Source: Rhodosorus marinus CCMP1338 (lineage: Eukaryota; Plantae; Rhodophyta). From it: 64,000 nt of DNA. Below the pieces are notes generated by a model that had not been told where the DNA came from, ran no database searches, and was given only the letters and a program-made list of their open reading frames with translations. This document shows positions 34,964-48,302 of this stretch, piece after piece. The stretch spans positions 62,001-126,000 of the forward strand of contig JAMWBK010000002.1 of NCBI GenBank assembly GCA_029953675.1, given 5' to 3'. A program made the translations under genes and the position numbers. Position 1 is the first letter of the stretch. Each line of letters opens with the position of its first letter.

Positions 34964-36091
34964 ATGGCGGTGTCGGTAGTGCCAAAGGAGTCCTTGTACG
35001 TGTCGGAGCCGGATCCAGCATGGTATGATTATCGAATGACTATTGTGAAAGTTCATAGCTGCTGTTTCAGGTGGCCGCGTGAACTGATTGAGGTTTTATG
35101 GTCGTTTTTTTTTTGTTTGACGTGCTTCAGGTTTGGAAACGGACAGAACGATTCTTCAAATGCGAGATGGACAAATGCCAATTGGTTGAAGTCTCGTTTT
35201 CACTTCAGTTTCGCAGAGAATATGAGTGGAAAACCCAAATTTGGAGTTTTACGTGTACTTAATGACGGTGAGTAGCCACGTCTGAACCTTTGCGGTGCCC
35301 TGGTGCTTTACTGATCGGGAAAGTGTTTCTTCCCCCAACAGATTTAGTGCAGCCGAGTAGAGGATTCGGGACACATCCCCACTCCAACATGGAGATAGTA
35401 ACATATGTTGTCGATGGCGAGCTCACCCACAAGGACTCGATGGGAACTTCAGAGAGTCTCGGTCGAGGCTCAATCCAATTTATGGTAATGCTCAAACCTG
35501 CAGTGCAAGAAAAGCTTCTTCTAGTCTCTGACTGTTGGTTGTTGATGTCTCGTAGACGGCGGGAACTGGAGTCATGCATTCAGAGTACAACGATGATGAC
35601 GAAAAACCACTACGATTTATTCAAATGTGGATACTTCCAAGGAAGCGGGGCCTAGAGCCAAACTACGGCTCTTACCGTGGTGGAAGTTGTCATGACGCAA
35701 AGGACAAATGGGTTCATCTGGTTTCGTCTGTGGAAAGCGAAGCTGATGCTAAGGCCAAGGTGAATCAGGATGTAAACATTTACGGTACTGAACTCAGTGA
35801 AGCTGGGAAAAAGGTATCACTTGCACTCTCATACACCTCGATTTTGGAAGTTATTGACACTAGAGTTTATCTCTTGTGCAGCTCGATCTCGATTTCGGAC
35901 CTGATCGTCAAGTATACGTGCTGGCCATCGAAGGATCGTTGACGGTCGATCTTGAAGGAGCTTCGGCAGCAAAGCTCAATCAACAGGATGCGGCTGAGAT
36001 CGTCAGCACGTCAGCAAAGATCCAAAAATTGGAATTCAGCTCTGTGGAAGGGCCTGCGCATGTTCTGGTTGTCGAGATGGCCCGTGCTTAG
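34964..36091 (+). CDS. Pirin-family (bicupin) protein, 5 exons
   Basis: Spliced product [78 protein letters not shown]. GT-AG introns at 35023-35130, 35268-35341, ~35484-35554 and ~35814-35881. Confidence 0.93.
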
Positions 36092-37082
36092 AGAGCTACG
36101 CAAAAGACGGGTTTCACTTGGAGCAAACCCAGGACTCTGCTTCCCCAACGCCGAAGCAGTGTTTCCCCCAATATTGTTAACTTCATTCGGCTGAGGATGT
36201 TCACGAGAATTCCGTTCCAGTCAAGTCTATTAAAAAACAACTAATCATGCAAGGTTGTGACCACCTTGCTCTCAAATCCGCGTTCCACTATTAGCTAGCC
36301 CCTTCACCTCAAGCCCTACCTTTCAACCCCCCGCAACCAGATGCTACAAACTCGCCATCTCTCTCCGCGAACCACTCGTTGTGCAGTGCGGGAATCGACC
36401 TAGAGCAGGATGTAACCAAGCTTCGCGGGCTCCAGGGACAAGGATTGCGATGATAAACCAGCTGAGTCTGTGCCAAGGCAGAGTCCAAGCTGCTTCACTA
36501 TCAAGTTTTGTCTGAGATTCGTTTCTGCTCGGAATCTGGTCAAGGAAATCCTCCGCCGTATAGAGGCCGTTCAGTAAGTCCCATCTTTTGGTGCAACCGA
36601 GAGTTCGTAAAGAAATCACTGGTCAGTTTAATTAGGTTGTCAGAAATCAATTAGTTTGCTATGAAGTTACTAGGGAATCATATTTGGATTCCTCCCCTTC
36701 GGCGTTTCATGTTGTTACAGGCGTGGACATCACTACAAACGAACACATGCGCTCCTACGCTTTCAGCCTTTAAGATTCCTTCTCTTCCTCTGCTGGTCAG
36801 CAATGCATCCGCGCTTTTTTCGAGGCCCCCCACCTCCCTACTTGGGGAGAACGTTGCTTCATGGGGTGCCAAATGACGCTTGCATGTTCCACAGCTATTG
36901 TCCTAATAGCAATTCTCAGGATAATTGAGCGGTACACCTCGAAGACAATGGCTCCTTTATCGCCGAGAGTATCTGTCACAAGAACCAGACCAACCTTGCT
37001 GTGCTTTATGGGCAGCGATTACCCTGGCGGCGCAGGCGAATCAGTTGGCGGCGCAGGCGAATCAGTTGGCGGCGCAGGCGAA

Positions 37083-39842
37083 TCAGTTGGCGTTAGCGAC
37101 GGAGTCGGGCTTGGCGTTGACGACAGAGTCTGGCTTGGCGTTGACGACGGGGTCGGGCTTGGCGTTGGCGACGGGGTCGGGCTTGGCGTTGGCGACGGAG
37201 TCGGGCTTGGCGTTAGCGACGGGGTCGGGCTTGGCGTTGGCGACGGAGTCGGGCTTGGCGTTAGCGACGGGGTCGGGCTTGGCGTTGGCGACGGAGTCGG
37301 GCTTGGCGTTGGCGACGGAGTCGGAAGCTTGGCGTTGGCGACGGAGTCGGGCTTGGCGTTGGCGACGGAGTCGGGCTTGGCGTTGGCGACGGAGTCGGGC
37401 TTGGCGTTGGCGACGGAGTCGGGCTTGGCGTTGGCGACGGAGTCGGGCTTGGCGTTGGCGACGGAGTCGGAAGCTTGGCGTTGGCGACGGAGTCGGGCTT
37501 GGCGTTGGCGACGGAGTCGGGCTTGGCGTTGGCGACGGAGTCGGGCTTGGCGTTGGCGACGGAGTCGGGCTTGGCGTTGGCGACGGAGTCGGGCTTGGCG
37601 TTGGCGACGGAGTCGGGCTTGGCGTTGGCGACGGAGTCGGGCTTGGCGTTGGCGACGGGGTCGGGCTTGGCGTTGGCGAGGAAGTCGGACTCGGCGTTGC
37701 GGTTGGCGTTACCAGGGAATCCGTTGGGAATGGAGTAAAATCCCACATGGGACCCCACGAGGGGTCATGTGTGTAAGCCCAAGTCGGTGTCTCCACCGGT
37801 GTTTCTCCTGGCTCCAGTGTTGGCGTAATAGACCCGGAAGCGGTTGGCGTCTCACTCTCCGTCTCAGTCTCACTCTCGGTCGGAGGCTGAGCTACCAAGG
37901 TCCCAGTCGGCGTCGGTATTGGTGTGGGGGTAGGAGGTTCCTTCGTCTTGATCGGGACTCGAGTCGGCGTTGGCGACGGGGTCGGACTCGGCGTTGGCGA
38001 CGGGGTCGGACTCGGCGTTGGCGACGGAGTCGGACTCGGCGTTGGCGACGGAGTCGGACTCGGCGTTGGCGACGGAGTCGGACTCGGCGTTGGCGACGGA
38101 GTCGGACCCGGCGTTGGCGGCGGGGTCGGTGGCACTGGGGTCGGTGTCGGCGGAAGAGGAGTTGGCTCCACCGCTGAGCCACACTGCAATCCAATCTGGC
38201 AACGCACAGATGCCTCGGAGAAGTATTGGGAACAGTCGTCCTCACCCATCACCGGAAAAACATCTTCAACGACGCTGTGGTCTGATTTTAGCCAAGCCTC
38301 AGCGCGAGGGATCACGCAAATACTAGTGTTGCAGCAGTCGAAAGGACTACTGAACCTGTTTAGGCAGACGTAGACGCTCTTTTTCGACCATGGTCCATCC
38401 GTTCGATCGATCTGGAAAGGTGAAGACTGCTCATCGCTACAATTCGTCCATGCTCCCGCCTCCAGACGAGTGAAAATCCACTCGTCGCTGTACATTTCAA
38501 ACCGAAACTTAATACACCATTTGTTCGTATATTCCATTTCCACGCAGACTTGACCCACTGTGTCCCCTACACCCATCAGCTTGAGGTCGTAACATTTCCT
38601 ATTAGACGAGCCTCCCAAAGTTATAACCTCTTGGTTCGCCGCGTGGCTTTCACAAGTCTGTGGAACTGGAGTGGGCGTCGGCGGAAGAGGAGTTGGCTCC
38701 ACCGCTGAGCCACACTGCAATCCAATCTGGCAACGCACAGATGCCTCGGAGAAGTATTGGGAACAGTCGTCCTCACCCATCACCGGAAAAACATCTTCAA
38801 CGACGCTGTGGTCTGATTTCAGCCAAGCCTCAGCGCGAGGGATCACGCAAATACTAGTGTTGCAGCAGTCGAAAGGACTACTGAACCTGTTTAGGCAGAC
38901 GTAGACGCTCTTTTTCGACCATGGTCCATCCGTTCGATCGATCTGGAAAGGTGAAGACTGCTCATCGCTACAATTCGTCCATGCTCCCGCCTCCAGACGA
39001 GTGAAAATCCACTCGTCGCTGTACATTTCAAACCGAAACTTAATGCACCATTTGTTCGTATATTCCATTTCCACGCAGACTTGACCCACTGTGTCCCCTA
39101 CACCCATCAGCTTGAGGTCGTAACATTTCCTATTAGACGAGCCTCCCAAAGTTATAACCTCTTGGTTCGCCGCGTGGCTTTCACAAGTCTGTGGAACTGG
39201 AGTGGGCGTCGGGGTGGGCCCAATCCTCCCGTCACACAGGAATGGGATATCGCAACGTGCAAACACATCTCCTTGTTCAATCCTGCACTTCTTCCTTCCG
39301 AGTTCTGGGTGTGCAGTTACTACCCGCGACCCTTTTGATGCGACGGCGTACGGGAATACGCAAATATCCGTGTTGCAGCATCCATCCCCATTCCCGGCGG
39401 GCGCTTCGAACTTTTGTAAGCACATGTATAGTTTTTTCTTCGTGAGAGGTCCGGTGCGGGAAACAAAGAAAGGGTCGTCAGTCTCTATCCCACATGACGC
39501 AGCCCCTCCTGCTCTCAGATCGTCCCAAACCCATCCTTCATCTGCGAGGTAATTGAACCGTATGCAAATCTTTTCTCCGATATACTTTACATTCAGGTAG
39601 ACGATACCAACCCTTTCACCCGTCCCATCGGCATGCAGAACATAATTTCGAGCGTTATAATGTTTATAGACGTAATGGTTCTCAAACTGTTTCGCGTAAT
39701 CTGAACACAGCTGTTGACACGTCCCAACTCCTATCAGCAGACCCAATAGAATCAACCCTTTGTACAAACCCAGCGCTTTTCTAGCCTCCAAGTTCGTACG
39801 CGAAAGAGGCGAATCTATCCGGGGATATTGGGAACGCAGCAA
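37083..39842 (-). CDS. Secreted modular protein: three Cys-rich domains and a long PT/PS-repeat tail; frameshifted in the tail, start codon uncertain
   Basis: Hydrophobic leader ([14 protein letters not shown]), three homologous C..VG.VC..C..F..W..L.AG..CL..F..CC..C..C domains and (PTPS)n. Confidence 0.7.
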   Translation of the reverse strand: MLRSQYPRIDSPLSRTNLEARKALGLYKGLILLGLLIGVGTCQQLCSDYAKQFENHYVYKHYNARNYVLHADGTGERVGIVYLNVKYIGEKICIRFNYLADEGWVWDDLRAGGAASCGIETDDPFFVSRTGPLTKKKLYMCLQKFEAPAGNGDGCCNTDICVFPYAVASKGSRVVTAHPELGRKKCRIEQGDVFARCDIPFLCDGRIGPTPTPTPVPQTCESHAANQEVITLGGSSNRKCYDLKLMGVGDTVGQVCVEMEYTNKWCIKFRFEMYSDEWIFTRLEAGAWTNCSDEQSSPFQIDRTDGPWSKKSVYVCLNRFSSPFDCCNTSICVIPRAEAWLKSDHSVVEDVFPVMGEDDCSQYFSEASVRCQIGLQCGSAVEPTPLPPTPTPVPQTCESHAANQEVITLGGSSNRKCYDLKLMGVGDTVGQVCVEMEYTNKWCIKFRFEMYSDEWIFTRLEAGAWTNCSDEQSSPFQIDRTDGPWSKKSVYVCLNRFSSPFDCCNTSICVIPRAEAWLKSDHSVVEDVFPVMGEDDCSQYFSEASVRCQIGLQCGSAVEPTPLPPTPTPVPPTPPPTPGPTPSPTPSPTPSPTPSPTPSPTPSPTPSPTPSPTPSPTPSPTPSPTPTRVPIKTKEPPTPTPIPTPTGTLVAQPPTESETETESETPTASGSITPTLEPGETPVETPTWAYTHDPSWGPMWDFTPFPTDSLVTPTATPSPTSSPTPSPTPSPTPSPTPSPTPSPTPSPTPSPTPSPTPSPTPSPTPSPTPSPTPSPTPSPTPSPTPSPTPSFRLRRQRQARLRRQRQARLRRQRQARLRRQRQARLRRQRQARLRRQRQASDSVANAKPDSVANAKPDPVANAKPDSVANAKPDPVANAKPDSVANAKPDPVANAKPDPVVNAKPDSVVNAKPDSVANAN
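37085..37680. repeat. 24-bp coding tandem repeat (PTPSPTPS)
   Basis: About 24 units of CTTGGCGTTGGCGACGGAGTCGGG; a shorter related array lies at 37965-38120. Confidence 0.95.
38151..39212. repeat. Near-perfect 531-bp tandem duplication (one 177-aa domain unit)
   Basis: 38151-38681 versus 38682-39212; I saw only a few synonymous-type differences. Confidence 0.95.
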
Positions 39843-40769
39843 CTGCTGGAGATGGTTACGTTCCCCCGGAAATGCCCTAAGCTAGTTTCTGATGTGGTAG
39901 GGGCATACTTGTGGATTGTTTTGACTTTATAGATTGGGAAGATTGTGCAATACTATTCTTCGGTTTCTGCTCGCTCTTACAGTATCTGCTCTGCGTCTGC
40001 CTTGGTATGCGGGTTCTCTCACCCAAACATGATTACACACTAAATTCCCTTAAGACTTTATTTTTCGGAATGTTTGGAGTAATTTCGACCTTTCGCCCGT
40101 TCAACCCGAGATGTCAAAGCTAGCAATGTCGAGTGTGATGTTGATATCTTTGTGAGACAGAAATTAGAATAGATCGTATTGATCCCCTCCGGCTGGTGGC
40201 TTGGGAATTCGCCCGCAGCGCTAGCCCTTGTGGCAAATAGGCCCTCCCTCGCGCGAGGCTGAGTTTTTTATGCTGACAGCGAAGTCACTTGTTTTTGTTC
40301 TGGCGAATTATCCATAGCCCCAACTGCACATCTCCTGTCGCGTTGGTTTGTGGAGTCACGAGAGGGAAAGGGGATCCCCAGGACACACCCACCCGGGGTT
40401 GTTAGTTTTCCAGCAAAGCAGAGAGTGAGTCCTAGCTGGGCGGCGTATTTTTGACACGGTGAAATGCAGATTGGATGAGGCAGAGATGCCAACAGTGTCG
40501 CGACAGCATGCACCGCCTCACGAGCCACCTAAGCTCGGGGCCCCACCGCCTTGAACAAAGCTCCTGCCGCGGTGAACCGCACGCGGGTCCCCCCGGTGGA
40601 GATAGAGCATCAGAGCTACCGAATGCAAAAATTCGGTGTTTTGATACCAAAAACATGCGGTCCACTCCAGTTTGCTTTGTGGTACCCTCCGAGAATTTTA
40701 AACTTTTAATACTCAAATAGCCTCACTTGGGGCCAACAGAGTGCTGTTCACGCGATCTTCCTGAACTCT

Positions 40770-41500
40770 CCGCTTGCAACACCCACGACCGTGGCGCGAA
40801 TACGCGGTCTGGGAGTTTGCTTATCTCATCTGTGGTTGACAACCCTGCCCTCGTCGCCCGGCCAAAGTCTGGATGCTTTCCAGTTCAGGACTGCGGTCCG
40901 GACCTACCTGGGTTTGTCCCAGCCCCGATCGCAGTTACGGACCTTCCTTCTGTCAAAGGCCGTGAGAATCATATTGACGGTTGTGGCTACCACTTTCTGG
41001 GCTCGTGTGCACAACTGCGAGGCCTCCGAGCGAGACGCCACGCGTGCAGGAAATACATCCTGAGTGAGCATTTCATCCGAGTTGGCTATACCGCAGCCTT
41101 CATTCGGCAGCCAGCTACCGTCGAAATCGAGTCCCTGCTACCTCGATCGGCCTCGGCTCCCTCGGCCTCCCGCTGTATTGCAGACCTCCTGCCTTCAGAC
41201 GCAGCCGCCAGACGCTCAGAATATTTCGAACTCGCCATCGCTTCCCCAGATTCAAGTACCTATCTCCGACCCGCGGCCATTCGCCAGGGTGCAGCAGCTG
41301 CTATTCTTCGCCAACAGAAAGAGCGCGGGTGCGCTGAGGGCAGGGCGCAAACGGTTTCAGCCTTTCGTTGTGGAAAGCCGTTTTGGTCACCCGCGCCGGT
41401 TCTGTGTCGCTTTATGGCGATGTTCTAGCAGCATGCTCGCGGAGCCTCGCTACCGCCGGCCTGGCTTGCACGCTTTAGTTCCTCGTTCCTACGCCCTACG
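40770..41500 (+). pseudogene. Degenerate C-like ORF2 3' fragment
   Basis: ARIRGLGVCLSHLWLTTLPSS..LDAFQFRTAVRTYLGL; RCIADLL; FQPFVVES. Confidence 0.8.
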
Positions 41501-41959
41501 TACCCGCCGTATCATATCAAAAAACGAAAACAGGAAATCGCGAATAGGTCTTCTCCTCGCACGAGGAGAAGACCAGGTGTTGAGGCTATGTTCGCAACAC
41601 CCTTTTGCTAGTTGTTGTAACGGCTGTCCATATTCCAATGTTTCATGAGGTGATGTGATCTAGCAAACAGAGTCCTCTTTCGACATCCTGGATTGCTAGT
41701 CCCGTTACGCTGGGAAGAGTTAGTTGTCTGCACCGTTAGCAGTCGATAAGCTTCGACAAAAGATATACAAACAGCTAACCGCCCTAACATTCCAGACACC
41801 TAGAAAAAACCTGACAGTTGGAAGAAGCACCGGTTATATGTCTTGCCAGAATAGACGGATGTGGATATGAAGATACGCAGCATTTAGCTCGACATAGGCC
41901 ATACGCCTCTGTCTCGCCAGACTTTATCATCTGTTTGCACCGACTCTCTTGGAGTCTTC

Positions 41960-42240
41960 CCCGGGAAGAGGGCCGGTCTCACCGGTTCCAGTCTTTCATT
42001 GTGGAAAACACTGGGCATCTGGAAAAGTCAAGCTTGGGGTGGCTGCGTAAAATGTTTTGCCGAACATCCTGAAGAATATCAGGTGCTCCTCCTCCATTTC
42101 AGTGTCGCTCTCTGGCGGTATTCTAGCTACATGCTAGCCGAGGCGCGCCACCGCAGCTCCGGCTTACACGCTCTCCTCCCTAGTCCCTAGTTTCCTTTTA
42201 CGTCTTTCGTAGCGCATCAGGCAAAGTTAGTAATAACCAC
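41960..42240 (+). pseudogene. C-like 3'-end fragment
   Basis: EGRSHRFQSFIVE..WLRKCFAEHPEEY..LWRYSSYMLAEARHR. Confidence 0.8.
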
Positions 42241-43949
42241 TACCCTCTTGGACGAAAAGCCAAGGGCCTTTCGTCTTCTAATTTCGACGGTTTTGGACGT
42301 CCAAACCAAAAAAAAGGAAAATCTAGAAAGACGTGTTTTGTTTTTTTTTGGTAGATTTCAGAAAGGAAGGGATGAAAAATTCACATCCGTTGTTTTTTGA
42401 CTTTTTTGCCTAGAAAACCAAAACAATTGAGAAGAATATTTTCAAAAAAAACTGGAAAAGGTTTGGTGAAGGGAAACTGCGTCCCTCGGGACTTGAGATA
42501 TACCGGAGAGGCGCGCTCTAAATCGACGCTATATCGCACTTAGCAAGAAAACGCCTTCCACCAAGACAGTCTCTGGAGCTGTGACGTTGTGTTCAAAAAT
42601 TACAGTCCTTAGCTTCCACTTCGGGGAACCAAACAAATTCTTTTTAATATTTTTTCTCTCCATACGTTTTATGTATTAAAAAACATTTCTTCTATTTTTT
42701 TTATCTTAAATTTTTCGATACTTGTTTTTAAAATATTTTTCATTTGGTACCAGTCAAGGTGGGATTGTCGGGTCCCCTTGAAACAAAGCCGTGTAAGCAT
42801 GATTAATGGGTTGAAATCTGAAATCATCCTTTTACCATACAAATACTCAAACCTACACAGTACGGAGAGTCTTGATCATGATGATGCTAAGAACCCTACT
42901 AGTCTATAAGCTCTATTGGAACCTTGCGCTCTTGGCATAGTTTGAAGGTTATGCCAGATAGGGTAGCTAGGATAGTATATGCGGTGCCTAAATAGTATAC
43001 TGTAGGCTCGAAGTAGAATCATTGAGGGGCCTCACAATAGGCTGCCACGAAGTGGCACGCATTGATTACACTTTGGGTCCACCAAGTCGTGGGCCTCGGG
43101 GCAGGGAAATAGTAAAAGAAGGAACCGAAGTTTGGAGAAATATAACGGAGGTCACGTACTTCTGATAAGCTTAGACAAAAAAGATATCCAAACAGCTAAA
43201 CCGACCCTACCATTCCAGACACCTAGAAAAAAACTTATAACTAGAAGAAGCCACCCGGTTATATGCTGGTGACGGGCGGGGAAGAACGAGTGCCTAGGTA
43301 GCTTAGCAAGTTGTGCCGGCGCGCGTGCCTTGGAGAAGAATTTGCGCTCTGTTTTTCCGTGGAGGGGGGGAAACCTGTGTTTTGAAATAACGCGCGCGTG
43401 CGCCTTGGAGAAGAATTTTTGCTCTGTTTTTCCGTTGAAGGGGGGAATCTGTGTTTTGAAATACAAAACGTCCACTTTTACCATGTTGCGAATGTTGTTG
43501 GACCAGAATATCTACAATTTCAATTGATTAAACCAGCTTGCTAATTCTGTAATCCAAAAAGAATGAACGCGTTTCTTACAGGTTGTCCACGTCACCTGTT
43601 TTTTTTAAAAATTTTGAAACACAGTTCTCCACACAAAAGCGGTCGTTTCTCTTCGGTCGAATAAATTCTTGCAAATTAGGAAAAATGTTACTGACCACAC
43701 CATCGACGCCTGGGTTTTTGATTGACATTCCTGTAGTCCGGGATCAGGGCTTGTATTCAAGACATCACTGCCATGGTCATTTTTTTGTTCCGGTGGTGTG
43801 TAGCGCAATTGAGTAAGTGAATGTGCTTTAATATTCCCAACATTACTCACATGGCCACAAGATCGATACAACCCTCCTTGGGCTGAATGAATGTGTTCAT
43901 TCGGAGACTGAAAAAAAAGGAGCGACAAAGGGAATACTGGAGGGCCCAG

Positions 43950-44580
43950 ATCACGCGCCACGGACATCAAAACAGCGTTCATAGGCGACAACAGGAAACT
44001 CAAACGGGTTGACAGGAAGGAAAACTGGTCGTGGCGTCTCACGGAACATCTCGCGAAGCCAAAACACGAACCAACGGAATCCAGGAATCCGGAACACTCA
44101 CTGACTAAACGTACCAGGCGATGAGCTCCAGGAATCCGGAACACTCACTGACTAAACGTACCAGGCGATGAGCTCCAGGAATCCGGAACACTCACTGACT
44201 AAACGTACCAGGCGATGAGCTCCAGGAATCCGGAACACTCACTGCCTAAACGTGCCAGGCGATGAGCTCCAAGAATCCGGAACACTCACTGACTAAACGT
44301 ACCAGGCGATGAGCTAAAGCTGAATCGAGAACTCCGGGAGTAGAAAAAGCCCCCGCATATATCACAGCTTTTCGAGAGCGCATGGTAGGCAGCAGCGGCT
44401 CCACGGTGTTCCCCCGCCGCCAGCAGATAACGGCTAGCCTCGGGGGTTGGGCGCAGCCAGATACACCCTGTACGTATGTAGTGCGACGACTTTCTTCAGC
44501 ATTTGACAATGCGGTGGGCAGCACGGCGCTCTTCGTTAAAGCTGTCCACCACGCGCAGGGGTTTCTCAAGTTCAATCTCG
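43950..44580 (-). pseudogene. Degenerate B-like RLE fragment with an internal 47-bp expansion
   Basis: EASRYLLAAGEHRG; AHRLVRLVSECSGFLDSVGS; TRLSFLLSPMNAVLM are homologous to the B C-terminus. Confidence 0.75.
44081..44315. repeat. 47-bp minisatellite, five copies
   Basis: CCAGGAATCCGGAACACTCACTGACTAAACGTACCAGGCGATGAGCT at 44081, 44128, 44175, 44222 and 44269. Confidence 0.95.
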
Positions 44581-46250
44581 AGGCCGGACGATTTGGTCAA
44601 GTTCACGGTACGTTACGATCTCCTCGTATATTCTGGGGTACGGGTGTTCCTTGTACAGCATTTCAACTGGCTACGGACGGAATCTTAGTGTCAAGGGATG
44701 AGTGATTTTACATACTTTACGTTACGCTAGAGGCGCCGGATAAATCCTTGTAGGTAGAATGCATTGAAACAGCTCGTCCGATGAACAAGGTCTGATATAA
44801 AGTTCCATATTCAATCAACGCTTGTCTAATAATCAATCACCTCCGGTACAGATATTGAATCATGATAATTTCTCGGGATAATGAGCTCCTCTCTCTCCCT
44901 CGTATGGAAATTGGGATCACTTGTGAATTTCGCAGCAATTCGCACCCGTTCACCATATAGGATCTACTAATTCTACTAATGGTTTTTTTGCGCAGTGTGA
45001 TGCTGAAACAGAGCGGGAAGTGATAATGCGGCAAGTCGCGAACTTTGTCAGGATCACAGGAAGAAGAAGATTGAAGCTCAGTCAATATTTGTAGTTGATT
45101 GAAGAATATCTGACTCCAATCGCGTGTTTTGGGAGAAATCAAGTGTTTTTCTTTTCTATTCAGATGCGAAGCGAGCGGGGCGAAGTTGGACACGTAAATT
45201 CAGGTAAACCCCAAACTTAATAATATTAAAATATTATAATGCTCTGAGGTCTTCGGGCTTGGAATAATGCTAAATAGTGGAAAACCGTTGATGTCGACAC
45301 ACTCGTTCAAAAACATAATCTTACCAAGGCCTTACCGAAATTCACAAATTTGATGCGCTTAGAGAAAACGCTTCACATTCGCATGCCACTCTTCCGAGGT
45401 GAAAAACTTGGGGGGGGGACGTGTTTGGGATATTAGAGTAAGTGGAAGGGAAGGTAGGAGGTGAATCACATACAATTGTCTTCAGTCTCTTGGATTCTGT
45501 TCAGCTATGTTTGTCCCCGACATTTGACAACTTTAGTTAGAGGGGTTGCCCTGTTCAAATTTTCGCTCGCACTTTACAATGTTCCTCCATTAGCAGGTGT
45601 GGGGTGTGTGGCGAGGTCTCTAATGTTATCGCCTCCCCACTGGGAAGGGGGTGTGTTCCCCAACCGTTTTTGGTGAGATAGAGAAAATATGCCCACGTGC
45701 AGGAGAGCGACACTCTAAACCTGCCATTCCGAACGTTCCTACCCCTCAGAAGCTCTTGTCGCACGCTTGAGACACAATTTTGCAGAAAAGATCCGGACAA
45801 GGGAGCAAAACATTTTCAAGCGCGGCCGTCCTCGTCCATGGACAAAGTAGATTCGGAAACCTACTTGGTGTTGATTTGTAGGTTTATCACCAGGTGTGGT
45901 GCTCACAGAGTCTTGTTTTCACCTATCTAAAATTATGGAAGACAAGAGTAAGGTTTAGCAATGGTACATTTCATTATTAGAGACAAGAGTCGAGAGGGAC
46001 CAAAGACGGAACGCAGAGTTTTCGTATAGAGGCGCCTGCGGTCCGGACAGGCTCGAGGTGGGTGAGGAAGGCTGCTGCTATTGGGAACGCATACTATTAA
46101 GCTTTAGTGGTAGTTGGGTGGCGTGTTTGACCCACTGAAGTACAGATTGGATGAGGCAGAGATCGAACAGTGTGAACTAGGCGCTTGGAGGAGAGTCACG
46201 CGGTAGATTGGCTTCAGAAGATTGGTGGTCGGGGAAGGTGTCCTTGTAAG

Positions 46251-47285
46251 ATGGTGGGCAGAGGAAAAAAGCTTGGATTGATCCTGGGGATCTTGTTGGG
46301 AATCACCCGAGCCGTGGTTTTCGACGCCGAGGATCTGGTCTCGACGGTTGTCGTCGAAGGGGACTACCAGTCCATGCTTGATGTGGATTGGATTCCCGGC
46401 GATGTGTCGCGTATCGTGGTGTGCGAGAAGCGCGGATTGGTGTGGTTGGTGATCGACGGCGTTCGTCAGTCCAAACCCTTCCTGGACATCTCGGGTGAAA
46501 TCGTCAACTTCGGTGCGAGAGGGCTTACCGCGTGCATGGTAGACGCAGACTTTCAGAACTACCCCTATTTTTACGTCTCATACACGGACAACCGGCAAAA
46601 GCAGACAAACGAATATGGAATCAAAGGCGGAATCGTTGCCCGGTATAAGCTTAGTGATGACCTGACTCAGGCCATTGACCCGGTGATCATAATGGGTACT
46701 CAAGCTCCGCCAGCTTCTGGCTGCACGGCAGGATCTGTGGCCGTGAAGGATATCATCTGCCTGGAAGATAGAAGTCATAACATGGGCGGTCTCGCGATGA
46801 GCCCGGAGGGAAAGATTTTCATAGGGGTTGGCGACGCCTCCAGTGTTGCCGCGTTTACTGAACGCCAGATCTGGTACAAGACTGGAAAGGTCCACTGCAT
46901 CACGAGAACAGGGTTGGCATGTCCAGGCAGTCCCTTCATCTATAACAACGACCGAACCACGAACAGAGCGAAAGTTTGGAACCTGGGAGTGCGAAATCCC
47001 TTCAGAATCGGGTACGATCCGGTGTATGACATACCGCTGATTGCGAACGTGGGCCAGGCTACTTGGGAGAGCATCTGGCCTGGTTTTCCGGGTCTCAACT
47101 TCGGATGGCCATGTACGGAAGGCCAGCGCACGAACCTTAAGGCTATAGACTACCCAATCTGCATGCAGATAGAAGAGGGGCGGAGGACGACACAGCCAGA
47201 TCGCACTTTCTGGGACTACCATCACGACCTGGGAGCGGCGGCCACAGGAGTGGTTCGGCTATCTTCGAACAAGTGGCCCGCCGGG
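46251..47285 (+). CDS. Secreted glucose/sorbosone dehydrogenase (GSDH, PQQ-type beta-propeller) family protein, 3'-truncated
   Basis: Signal-like leader, PFLDI, YFYVSYT, HNMGGLAMSPEGKIFIGVGD, GVRNPFRIGYD, NFGWPCTEG. The ORF runs into a (GA)n tract. Confidence 0.8.
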
Positions 47286-47317
47286 GAGAGAGAGAGAGAG
47301 AGATAGAGAGAGAGAGA
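47286..47317. repeat. (GA)n microsatellite
   Basis: About 16 GA units. Confidence 0.95.
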
Positions 47318-47351
47318 AATTCGTTTTAGTGGTTTCGAGTATATAGTTGTT

Positions 47352-48302
47352 ATGGCGCAATATGAGGATGGCGAAGCGGAAGTAGCAGATTCCACTGTGG
47401 TTAGGGTGGATGAAGGGAGTGCACCTGATGAAGTACCTGTTCCTGGGGCTGATGTAGCGTCAGTACCGGGGGATGATGTTCCTGAACGGCCTGAGATTAT
47501 CGACGGTAGTCACATTGAGGTGAAGCCTGTTTTTAAACGGGCTCCTCCCATGCCGGTTGTTCCCGAAAACCTCAAGGTAAGCCAGCAGGCTCTCCTCCGA
47601 TGCTCCTAAGGAGCGTCAATTGGAGAAATAGCTATAATCTGGAAGGCTTGGAATCGGTGGACAATGTCTTGCACGGAGCTAACGGGCTCCTGTGTTTTTG
47701 GTACGGTTGTACCCCGTAGGACTATCCGCTACCGCCCCCGATAGCGAATGACTTTAAACACTTCAACCCCAGCGAGCAGATGGGCGCGAACAGCGTCATG
47801 AAGTTCAGGCCTCCACCGGCAGTGAAAAGTGAAGAAGCGTGGTTTCAGGCTAACGTCCCGGACAGTATTTCAGTATCAATCGCAGACGGCAAGGCTCTCG
47901 GAGAATCCGATATGAGCATTGTGGACTCGGCATGGCTCAACGCCAACTCGTTGGCTGTGGCGAAGAGTGACGGGATGGTGGATGTGTACAATGTGCACTC
48001 TCAAAAACTCGTGACGCAGTTCCGACCGTATATGGACGATGATCCCGTCCAGTATCTGGCCTCCCTGGAGAGGACAATTGATGACGATGACTTTGAAGCA
48101 AATTTGCTCAAGGTGGCTACTGTTTCAGGTAAAACGAGAACCGTAAGGATGTGGGAGTTGGACGGGGATAGGGCTGAGCTTATTCGGTCCATTGCCGTTC
48201 CGAAAGATGGGACCGAAGTAGCTATGTCTGTACCCCTTGTTTCCAAGTTCAAGATGCCGGTTCGCAATGATCTAGTTTCGAAGCCAAGGGTGAGCAGAGA
48301 AA
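47352..48302 (+). pseudogene. Spliced host gene with WD40-like segments, cut by the repeat-capped array
   Basis: Acidic exon ending AAG|GTAAG, then LAVAKSDGMVDVYNV and KTRTVRMWEL. The frame ends at the 16-mer (48303). Confidence 0.5.

Noticed and set aside
36861-38373. Plus-strand ORFs rich in [12 protein letters not shown] or AWRWRRSR
   Set aside because: These are stop-free antisense shadows of the 24-bp PT repeat.
41760-43270. ~85-bp dispersed repeat (41760 and 43180) and a 2x ~75-bp repeat at 43320-43460
   Set aside because: No terminal inverted repeats, TSDs or coding link are visible; too little to call an element.
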